Shown in pieces: positions 9,919-17,968 of a stretch of DNA of 32,000 nt (within the stretch, counting starts at the first letter, position 1; each line of letters opens with the position of its first letter). A program made the translations under genes and the position numbers. Under the pieces are notes generated by a model that saw only the letters and a list, made by a program, of their open reading frames with translations, did not search any database and was not told the origin of the DNA. The DNA comes from Desulfobulbus propionicus DSM 2032. GTDB taxonomy: Bacteria; Desulfobacterota; Desulfobulbia; Desulfobulbales; Desulfobulbaceae. The DNA lies in assembly GCF_000186885.1 (NCBI RefSeq), contig NC_014972.1:1620001-1652000 (forward strand), written 5' to 3'.

Positions 9919-10962
9919 ATGGCAACGATTACGAGGATCGATAGAAAATACGGACCAGTGTTTCGCGCAGCAATTTGCGTCAAGGGGAGACGGGAAACCG
10001 CGACTTTTGATAGCAAAGCAAAAGCCATGACCTGGGCCGAGGAGACAGAAGCGCTCCTTCGTGCAGGACAACCATTACCCGGTGAACTACCCGCCAATGA
10101 CCTCAGATTGAATGAGGCAGTCGAAAAATACACCATGGCGGTTGCGCCGAGGAAAAAACGCAACACCCAACGGCTGGACCAGGAAATTGGTGGCCGGCTC
10201 ATTCGCTACTTTGATGGCAAGTCCTTGCAGACCATCACCTCAAAAGACATTGCTGCCTACCGCGATTACCGGTTGCAGCAAGTGGGTCCCAGCTCGGTTA
10301 TCCAGGATTTATCCTTTCTGTCCTGCATGTATCGCATGGCCAGGATTGAATGGGGGCTGGATGTCAATGATCCGGGCGCTGAAATTCGACGTCCCTCTGC
10401 TCCCAAAAACAGACTCTCCTTGCTCACCCCGAAGCAAATCGACACCCTGCTCGACTACTGCTGCGTTTCCAAATCCGAAAAACTCTACTGCTACGTCCTC
10501 CTGCTCCTCCATACGGCCATGCGCCCTTCAGAAGGCGCGGGCCTGCGTTGGGACCAGGTTTTGATTGGGCAAGGGATGATCGATCTCACAGAGACCAAAA
10601 CGGACCCAAGACGCGTTCCGATGACGAGAACCATCAGGAAGATGTTCGAAAGGATGAGGGTAGCTGGAGAGGGTGAAAATGGCTTCGTATTCCTGCCGCC
10701 TGGTAAAGGGTACCGTGATCAGCCCCATCGTTATTTTCGGCGCTCCTTTGACAACGCCTGCCGATATGCGGGGATCTGTAATTTTACCCTCTACGGATTG
10801 CGTCATTCGGCGGCAAGTTATTTGATCATGAACGGAGTCGACATTCGAACCGTTGCCGAAATCATGGGACATCGAAATATTAGCCAGACTATGAAATATA
10901 CACACTTCCTCGATGATCATAAGTTGAGCGCAATCGGTGCGATTGATAATCTAGGGCGGTAA
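9919..10962 (+). CDS. Tyrosine-type site-specific integrase, adjacent to tRNA-Pro
   Basis: The ORF contains HTAMRPSEG (Arg I), LYGLRHSAASYLIMNG (H-x-x-R) and GHRNISQTMKYTH (His/Tyr nucleophile region). ATG at 9919 (MATITRIDRKYGPV) is preferred over the ORF-track start at 9853. It lies about 210 bp after the tRNA 3' end, a classic island-integration arrangement. Confidence 0.9.
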   Translation: MATITRIDRKYGPVFRAAICVKGRRETATFDSKAKAMTWAEETEALLRAGQPLPGELPANDLRLNEAVEKYTMAVAPRKKRNTQRLDQEIGGRLIRYFDGKSLQTITSKDIAAYRDYRLQQVGPSSVIQDLSFLSCMYRMARIEWGLDVNDPGAEIRRPSAPKNRLSLLTPKQIDTLLDYCCVSKSEKLYCYVLLLLHTAMRPSEGAGLRWDQVLIGQGMIDLTETKTDPRRVPMTRTIRKMFERMRVAGEGENGFVFLPPGKGYRDQPHRYFRRSFDNACRYAGICNFTLYGLRHSAASYLIMNGVDIRTVAEIMGHRNISQTMKYTHFLDDHKLSAIGAIDNLGR

Positions 10963-11018
10963 AGAAGAACGTTTTTTTGTGGACGGACTCTTGGGTAGGC
11001 GCTTGGAAAGATAAATTA

Positions 11019-12564
11019 CTCAAGTTTCGGAGTTGCTCTAACTTTCCGTTATTAGGTTTGTACTGTGCGCCAATCTCTTTCCCGTTTGCAGTATATCAAC
11101 GGCAAAGCCCATGACTGCATCAACAATGGCAAGCACTGCATCTTCGGCGATGATGCCGGCACCCCTGGCTTTGTCTAAGGCCAGGCTGAGCAGCCGCTGC
11201 ATGGCCTCAACCAAGCTCAGGTCCTGCTGCTCTTCGCTGCAGGCGTAAAAGAGCGAGCCAAGGGTGCGGGGATCGTCATGGCAGCGTTGCTCAAAAGCCA
11301 GGAAAACATAGCGACTCATGACAATGGTAACATGGCCGATGATACCGTCGAAATCCCGCAGTTGGGTCTCCCGCTCGAGGTTGAGGTAATGTTTCATCAT
11401 CTTGAAAAATACCTCGATATCCCACCGTTTGCCGTAGATGCGGACGATTTCCTCATCCGCAAGGTCGACCTTGGTGGAGAGGATGGCCAGCCACTGGCGT
11501 TTATGACGATGACGGACAAACACGATCCTGACCTTCTGTTCCTTTTTGGCTTCCACCGCCACACTGGCCAGAATCCTGGCCTTACCCGGCCGCTTTTTCA
11601 ATGCGGCAAACAACCTGCCCAACGTCAGCCATTGCCCTTGATGCCGGTAAAAAACCTTCGGCATATCCTTCCCATGCAGATCACCGGCAGATGCTTGCCC
11701 AAGGTGGCGAGGAGGGCTGGGAAAGCAAACCAACTGTCCATCAGGAGGTAGTCGGCCCGGATACCCAGTGCCAGCGCCCGTTTCACCATGGATTCCAGGT
11801 GCTCGGTGGATTTGGTCATGGCCTCCACTCTGCGTTTGTAGCCGCAGTACCGCTTGTCCATCTCTTTCTTGATCCCCTGCAATCGCTTGCTTGCCTCGGA
11901 GGCGGAACAGAGAATGAAATCAAGCGGCAGGAAACTTACTCCATCCGACCAGCCCAGGGTCATGAGCTTGAACCCTTTCAAGCTGCGGTTGGCGTTGTGG
12001 TCATGCACCCAGGCGAGCAATTCGACCACTTTGGAGCGGGACCGGTCATAGGTGCTGTCATCGATGATCAGCACCTTCTCACGTTGCTCGCTGGTCAGTA
12101 CGTCCATGAACCGAACCACCACGGTTACCAATCCCAGCAGAAATTTCCGCCAGTTATACCGGGGATTCTTCAAGAACTCGTAGGCGGCATCCTTCTGGAA
12201 TCTCAGTTCCGGGTTGTTCACGATCCCGCGAGAGAAATTGACCCCGCTAAACGGCAAGGAGAAGATGGCGGCGAACACCGCCAGCGGTTTTGCCCCTCGC
12301 AATTTGCGGATGCCGCTGCCACCCAACAGGGTGCCAACCCTGAAATCCTCCAGAAAGGAGGAAATCCGGTTTTGCAGTCGTTTTGCCTCTTGTTGCTCCT
12401 GATAGTATTGGGTATGGTTCATCTCAGCCTTTTCTTTTTGATATCATTAGGTATTTTCGCAAATCCAATGTATCAGAAAGCAAAAGGCTTTTCACATTAA
12501 AATGTTATTATTTCAAGAGGTTAATGTCGGATCTTCTTTGGCAAGGCCAACCCCGAAACTTGAG
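11019..12564 (-). mobile_element. IS4-family insertion sequence, copy 1 (called IS-A here), 1546 bp
   Basis: Terminal inverted repeats: CTCAAGTTTCGGAGTTG at 11019 and, reverse-complemented at 12564, CTCAAGTTTCGGGGTTGG. It encloses a DDE transposase gene on the minus strand. Confidence 0.85.
11038..12422 (-). pseudogene. IS-A transposase (DDE, IS4 family), frameshifted
   Basis: Two overlapping ORFs, 11625-12422 (265 aa) and 11038-11733 (231 aa), lie in different frames. Motifs: LIIDDSTYDR, YLLMDSWFA, YGKRWDIEVFFKMMK (Y-2-R-3-E-6-K signature). Alignment to copy 2 shows GGGAAGG here (reverse complement of about 11667-11673) against GGGTAAGG there, a 1-nt deletion that splits the gene. Confidence 0.85.
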
Positions 12565-13539
12565 ATTTGAAAAACAATTCGATCTGCCAGCGCTCTTTGT
12601 AGATTTGGGTGATCTCCTTGGCTTTCAGGTGGTGGGCGTTGGTGACAAACCGATACTCGATGCCGGTCGCCGGGTCGGTATAAGCGACCAGACGCAACGG
12701 CTGCTCAACCCCTTTGAGCCGGATGGTCTGATCGTTGGTGATCCCAGCGCTCCTTCGCCCGGCCCGTTTAAGCAGGTATTGGACATCGGCATTGCTTTTC
12801 AGCCGCGAAACAAAGAAAACGGCGTTAGCGGTCAGGTCGCTGTGCCAGCGGTAATCGGTGAAGCCGCGATCAATGCAGACAAAGGAGCCCTTGGGGAGTT
12901 GCAGGGTCCTGGCCCAGTTGATCTCGTGTTCCTTCCCCTTGGTCATGTCCATGAAGACCGGAAGATGCCCATCGGCATCCAGGCCGACATGCAGTTTGAT
13001 GGCTCCCTTTTTCTGCCTGAATTCGGCCCAGGGAAAGGCGGCGAGGCAAAGGTTGATCACCGTGGCATCAAGCAGGTACAGCTTGCCTTTGAAGGAGAAG
13101 CGGTGTTTGGGCGCTACCAGTTGGCACCTGTCCAGCAGCTTGGCGAACAGTGCTTGAGAGCAGCGGGTTGCTCTGCGTTGACCCGAGCCAAGGTTGCTTT
13201 AGTGGTTCGCTTCATACCAAGATGATAGAGCCGCTTGCCCTGTGCCATGAGATTATCGGTGATATCCCGGAGGCTTTTTCTGCCGGAAAGCTGGCCGATC
13301 AGCATGGCTAGGAATTGACTCCAGCGGTTGTAGGAACGGAAATTCTGTCCCGCGTGATGCAGTTGAGCCAGTGTGTCAAATTCATATCTTGGGACAAGTG
13401 TAAGCAATTGCTTGAGGACGGTATCGCTATAGGCCATGGCTCGGATCTCCTTGGTTTGTATGATCTTTATGCAAAATCATTATACCGCCAAGCAGCTCTC
13501 CGAGCCTCCTTATCTTCATTTTTTATGAGACAGCAGTGA
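12565..13539 (-). mobile_element. 5' two-thirds of a second IS4-family element (called IS-B), inverted relative to its 3' part
   Basis: The minus-strand ORFs 13114-13437 (MAYSDTVLKQLLTLVPRYEFD..., DUF4372-like N-terminus) and 12521-13060 (...FVCIDRGFTDY...YKERWQIELFFK) form one transposase with an internal frameshift near 13150-13162. The coding sequence breaks exactly after ELFFK at 12565, where IS-A abuts. The terminal repeat TCACTGCTGTCTCATAAA is the reverse complement of 13522-13539. Confidence 0.8.
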
Positions 13540-13549
13540 TTCATAATAA

Positions 13550-15100
13550 CTCAAGTTTCGGGGTTGGCCTTGCCAAAGAAGATCCGACATTAACCTCTTG
13601 AAATAATAACATTTTAATGTGAAAAGCCTTTTGCTTTCTGATACATTGGATTTGCGAAAATACCTAATGATATCAAAAAGAAAAGGCTTAAATGAACCAT
13701 ACCCAAAACTACCAGGAGCAACAAGAGGCAAAACGACTGCAGAACCGGATTTCTTCCTTTCTGGACGATTTCAAGGCCGCCACCCTGCTGGCTGGCAGCG
13801 GCATCCGCAAATTGCGAGGGACAAAACCGCTGGCAGTGTTCGCCACCATCTTCTCCTTGCCATTTCATGGGGCCAACTTCTCCCGGGGTATCGTCAATAA
13901 TACGGAGTTGGCATTCCGCAAGGATGCCGCCTACGAGTTCTTGAAGAATCCCCGGTATAACTGGCGGAAATTTCTGCTGGGATTGGTAACCGTGGTGGTT
14001 CGGTTCATGGAGGTGCTGACCAGCGAGCAACGTGAGAAGGTGCTGATCATCGATGACAGCACCTATGACCGGTCCCGCTCCAAAGTGGTCGAATTGCTCG
14101 CCTGGGTGCATGACCACAACGCCAACCGCAGTTTGAAAGGATTCAAGCTCATGACCTTGGGCTGGTCGGATGGAGTGAGCTTCCTGCCGCTTGATTTCAT
14201 CCTCTGCTCCGCCTCCGAGGCAAGCAAGCGGCTGCAGGGGATAAGGAAAGAGATGGACAAGCGGTACTGCGGCTACAAACGCAGAGTGGAAGCCATGGCC
14301 AAATCCACGGAGCACCTGGAATCCATGGTAAAGCGGGTGTTGACGTTGGGCATCCGGGCCGACTACCATCCTGATGGACAGTTGGTTTGCCTTCCCAGCC
14401 CTGCTTGCCACCCTGGGCAAACATCTGCCGGTGATTTGCATGGGTAAGGACATGCCGAAGGTCTTTTACCGCCATCAAGGGCAATAATGGTTGAGGCTGG
14501 GGCGGCTCTTCGCCAAGCTGAAAAAGCGGCGAGGCAAGGCCAGGATTCTGGCCAGCGTGGTGGTCGAAACCAAAAAGGAACAGAAGATCAGGATCGTCTT
14601 TGTCCGCCATCACCACAAACGCCAGTGGCTGGCCATCCTCTCGACCAAGATTGATCTGGCCGACGGGGAAATCATCCGCATCTACGGCAAACGGTGGGAT
14701 ATCGAGGTGTTCTTCAAGATGATGAAACACTACCTCAACCTCGAACGGGAGACCCAACTGCGGGATTTTGATGGCATCATCGGCCATATCACCATTGTGA
14801 TGAGCCGCTATGTCTTTCTGGCTTTCGAGCAGCGTTGCCATGATGATCCCCGTACCCTTGGCTCGCTCTTTTACGCCTGCAGCGAAGAGCAGCAGGACTT
14901 GAGTCTGGTTGAGGCGCTGCAGCGGCTGCTCAATCTGGCCTTGAGCAAAGTCAGGGCTGCCGGTGTCATAGCCGAAGATGCAATGCTTGCTATTGTTGAT
15001 GCAGTCATGGGCTTTGCCGTTGATATGCTGCAAACGGGAAAGAGATCAATGCAGATTAGAAACACAATAACAACAAATTAAAACAACTCAGAAACTTGAG
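13550..15100 (+). mobile_element. IS4-family insertion sequence, copy 2 (IS-A), 1551 bp, inverted relative to copy 1
   Basis: Ends: CTCAAGTTTCGGGGTTGG at 13550 and CAGAAACTTGAG at 15089-15100. The first 139 bp are identical to the reverse complement of 12426-12564. The rest is visibly diverged, with roughly 90 percent protein identity by eye. Confidence 0.85.
13692..15081 (+). pseudogene. IS-A transposase copy 2, disrupted
   Basis: ORFs 13692-14447 and 14491-15081. Relative to copy 1 there is an extra A at 14368 (GACTACCATCCTGATGG versus GACTACCTCCTGATGG). There is also an in-frame TAA at 14485-14487 (CAATAATGG versus CAATGG). These lesions differ from the one in copy 1. Confidence 0.85.
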
Positions 15101-15377
15101 TCAAATGGATCAAGCAAAACCTGAAGATCAAGACTTTCCTCGGCACCACAAGCAACGCGGTGTTGACCCAGGTTTGGATTGCCCTCTGTGTCTACCTCAT
15201 GCTGGCTTACCTGAAATTCAAAGCCAAATTAGGCAGTTCCATGCAACAGATACTTCGCCTACTACAACTCAACCTCTTCGCGAGAAGAGATTTGATCGAA
15301 TTGTTTAAACCGCCATCAACTCAAACGACTGTTTCTCCACAAATTTTACTGTGGAGAAATTTATGAGACAGCAGTGA
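15101..15377 (+). mobile_element. 3' part of IS-B (transposase C-terminus plus right terminal repeat)
   Basis: The + strand reads (F)KWIKQNLKIKTFLGTTSNAVLTQVWIALCVYLMLAYLKFKAKLGSSMQQILRLLQLNLFARRDLIELF...*, with the stop at 15364-15366. This continues the ELFFK break at 12565. The fragment ends with TTTATGAGACAGCAGTGA (15360-15377), the same sequence as 13522-13539. Confidence 0.8.
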
Positions 15378-15592
15378 AAGGCCCTTCAAAGTCGAAAACA
15401 GTTTTTCGACTTTCTCACCTTCCGCATTCTCCACCATCTCTTTTTTCCTTATCAGGAACCTGCTCACCTGGATTGAATCGCTTTTTGTTTAAGATGGCCG
15501 AACCCGGTCCGAAAAGAACTATTGAATACGTAAAGTTCTGTTAACGAAGGATCAACATACCAACCCGGAATCAGCAACCTCAAGGAGCAACG

Positions 15593-16120
15593 ATGCAGGT
15601 CGGTAACGCCATCACTCCCGCCACGATATTTTTCCGAAACAACACCTCCGTCAAAGCGACGCCGTTTGAACCGGAGCAATCTCCCGTCCTCAAAGAACAG
15701 GATTTTCCTCTTCAGAAGGCACCTGACGAGAGGTCGGCATCCGATTTACGCAATCTGCTTTCCATGCCCGGCATCAACGAATACCAGAGCCAGCTCGAAA
15801 AGCAGGGGCAGATGGAACAATCCATGGTGATCAGCAAGGGCGGCCAAGTGGTAGGGGCCGTCGGCCGAAATGGCGGGACGATGTTTCAGGAGTCTTCCAT
15901 CCAGGGGTTGTGGCAGAGAGCGAACAGCAACCCGGCCGGCTTTGCCCAACTGCTCAGGCAGCAGGGGTATGAAGTGGAGACTTATCGACCGGGTGCTGGC
16001 CCCAGATATGCCGAGGTCCATGAAATGATCCACCACGAGAGCTATGAAACGCTAATAGCCCGGCAGTCGGTTGAGTACTGCCGGGAGCTTTCCATCTGGT
16101 CGGGTTGCTCTGCCTACTGA
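15593..16120 (+). CDS. Hypothetical protein (175 aa), no recognisable domain
   Basis: ORF with AGGAG 8 nt upstream of the ATG. It lies between IS debris and a convergent hemerythrin fragment. No motifs recognised. Confidence 0.4.
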   Translation: MQVGNAITPATIFFRNNTSVKATPFEPEQSPVLKEQDFPLQKAPDERSASDLRNLLSMPGINEYQSQLEKQGQMEQSMVISKGGQVVGAVGRNGGTMFQESSIQGLWQRANSNPAGFAQLLRQQGYEVETYRPGAGPRYAEVHEMIHHESYETLIARQSVEYCRELSIWSGCSAY

Positions 16121-16184
16121 GTTGGAGGCGTTGGGACCAATCCGGTCTGGTTTTTCCATTTACCCAAGGGAGAGCACGAAATCC

Positions 16185-16407
16185 TCAGGCGGCTTGCTGG
16201 CTTTTCGCGGCGGCAAGAAATTTGCCGAATTTGACGTCGATCCCCTGGATGTGTGACAGCAGCCAACTATTCAAGAAGGCCAGCAGCTCGAAGGAAACCC
16301 GTTGGTTGCAACAGGAAAAGCCCGCCTGCAGTTCCTTGAGGCGTTTGACGAACTGATCATGCAGGACCTTGTGGCTTTCATACTCAGGGTAATGCCAATC
16401 CTGCATC
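16185..16407 (-). pseudogene. Hemerythrin-like protein, C-terminal fragment (N-terminus lost)
   Basis: Minus-strand translation gives ...LMQDWHYPEYESHKVLHDQFVKRLKELQAGF...SFELLAFLNSWLLSHIQGIDVKFGKFL*, which matches the second half of hemerythrin-type four-helix metal-binding domains (H-x3-H, WL-x-x-HI-x-x-x-D). The upstream part of ORF 16185-16514 is antisense to IS-derived sequence. Confidence 0.6.
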
Positions 16408-16572
16408 AAGGAGCAGAAGGTCAAAATCGTCTTTGTCCGCCATCGCCACAAACGCCAGAGGTTGGCCGTCCTCTCGACCAAGATTGACCTCGCCGACGAA
16501 GAAATTGTCCGCATCTACGGCAAACGGTGGGATATTAACGGCAAGTTGGAGCAAGCAAGTCAGAAACTTGAG
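16408..16572 (+). mobile_element. Third IS-A copy, remnant with 5' truncation and internal deletion
   Basis: 16408-16536 aligns to the IS-A transposase segment encoding KEQK(V/I)RIVFVRHRHKRQ..LSTKIDLADEEIVRIYGKRWDI. 16537-16572 aligns to the last ~37 bp of the element (TAACGGCAAGTTGGAGCAA...CAGAAACTTGAG; compare the reverse complement of 11019-11055). Confidence 0.75.
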
Positions 16573-16597
16573 TTAACTATTTATCCACCTGTTAAGC

Positions 16598-16697
16598 AAC
16601 TGTTCGACTATTGCTGCGTTTCCAAATCCGAGAAACTCTACGGCTACGTCCTCCTGCTCCTGCACACGGCCATACGCTCTTCAGAAGGTGCTGCCAT
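16598..16697 (+). pseudogene. Fragment of a second tyrosine integrase gene
   Basis: It encodes LFDYCCVSKSEKLYGYVLLLLHTAIRSSEGA, clearly homologous at nucleotide and protein level to integrase residues LLDYCCVSKSEKLYCYVLLLLHTAMRPSEGA (10438-10545). There is no integrase sequence on either side. Confidence 0.8.
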
Positions 16698-16890
16698 CAT
16701 CCAGGTGGAGAACAAAGTCTGTGTCATTTTTTCTCAGTTGGGGGGGTAATGATTTCAATGCCTACACGGCAAAACGCTGTTTTTTCGAATATAAAATGAA
16801 AAAACTCTCTTGACTTCATATTTGTAATCGAAGAGACTTGTCAAGGTCGCCTGCTTACAACACTTACCTCAACCGAATTTGCTTCCTCCC

Positions 16891-17931
16891 ATGTCTAATC
16901 GTCACCATATTTTTTCGTTTACCGTCGCGTTGATCGTCCTGGTCAACATATCACCTGCCATCGGCGCAACCACGGAACCACAAACCAAACAGTTTGTCCA
17001 GCTCCTGCCCAAACCAGGCAAACAGGACACGAAAAATGCCCCGCTCCAACTCAACATCAAGAATGGTAAGAACGGCGTTCTCCTCGCCATTACCTTCGCC
17101 GGAGAAAAAATCACCCTTGAGAAAGGCGCGCAACCTGCTCCTCCTGGGGGTATGTACACTGTCTCGCTCGACGGCTCCATGGTACTGCAGGAAACCTTTA
17201 GCGAACCAACCCTGCACATCGAAAAACCATTGCCCATGCAAACTCTGGGGAACGGTGATCATGTTGTGCGCTGCGAGGTACACTACTCCATCGGCAAGAC
17301 CTATGAGGCAGAACTCCCCTTCAGTTTCGATGCAACGCCGATCATCACCCTGGAAAAACCTGGTTCTAAATCACCTGTACCCGATCCTTTGGTGGGCTTC
17401 CAATTTTACAACGAAAAGCAAGAGGTCGTCGGCTTTCTCGATGTCGCTGTGGATGAAAGATCGCTTGGGGTAACGCAAATCACCTCTCAGGCCAATGGTG
17501 AGAAGAAACCGCTGTCGCAATGGACGGGCAAGCCGATCTCCATCGCGGAACTCCCTCCAGGACAGCATCTGATCAGATTAACAGCCACGGGAACCAATGG
17601 CGGCGAAAGCGTCCAATTTGTTCCTTTCGAGGTGGAAGCCTTGCCGATGCTCAATGTGGACAAAAACAAGGAAGGAGCCATGGAAAGCATCAAAGCCACT
17701 TTTCTTCAGGCCAGCAGTGCCTACTCCGGCTCGGTGGAGATTTTCTACCAACATGGCGTCATCCTGTCTCTTCAAAGCAAAGAACCATCTGTGCTCATCA
17801 AAAAAAGCGACATAGTGCAGGCGTTTGCACAGCACAAACTGTCACTTCCTACCAAACCGGTCCCCCTGGTTGTGGGGCTTCGCTCCGCCAACAATACGGA
17901 GAACTGGCAGACAATCCTGTTTTTGCCGTAA
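16891..17931 (+). CDS. Secreted hypothetical protein with Ig-like beta-sandwich features (first gene of the rhs module)
   Basis: Signal peptide MSNRHHIFSFTVALIVLVNISPAIG/ATTEP. Recurring motif L-x-x-G-x-H-(V/L)-(V/I)-R (LGNGDHVVRCEV, LPPGQHLIRLTATGTNGGES), similar to the next gene. The start is ambiguous (TTG 16879 or ATG 16891) and no clear SD is present. Confidence 0.6.
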   Translation: MSNRHHIFSFTVALIVLVNISPAIGATTEPQTKQFVQLLPKPGKQDTKNAPLQLNIKNGKNGVLLAITFAGEKITLEKGAQPAPPGGMYTVSLDGSMVLQETFSEPTLHIEKPLPMQTLGNGDHVVRCEVHYSIGKTYEAELPFSFDATPIITLEKPGSKSPVPDPLVGFQFYNEKQEVVGFLDVAVDERSLGVTQITSQANGEKKPLSQWTGKPISIAELPPGQHLIRLTATGTNGGESVQFVPFEVEALPMLNVDKNKEGAMESIKATFLQASSAYSGSVEIFYQHGVILSLQSKEPSVLIKKSDIVQAFAQHKLSLPTKPVPLVVGLRSANNTENWQTILFLP

Positions 17932-17968
17932 CTCTTTCTCACCTTTCTTTTCAAGCAAGGAAAACCGA

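Noticed and set aside
11601-15033. Plus- and minus-strand ORFs overlapping the IS elements (11601-12500 +, 12383-13225 +, 13614-14453 -, 14197-15033 -)
   Set aside because: They are antisense to the transposase reading frames, which carry DDE and YREK motifs. Their near-duplicate translations simply reflect the inverted IS copies.
16462-16749. 95-aa plus-strand ORF
   Set aside because: It is a chimeric reading frame running from the IS-A remnant (STKIDLADEEIVRIYGKRWDI) into the integrase fragment (CCVSKSEKLYGYVLLLLHTAIRSSEG). It is a fusion of two pseudogene pieces, not a gene.
16807-16870. TTGACT (16810-16815) and TTGTCA (16838-16843) as -35 boxes for the rhs-module promoter
   Set aside because: No acceptable -10 hexamer lies at 16-18 nt spacing from either box. 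The promoter was left uncalled.
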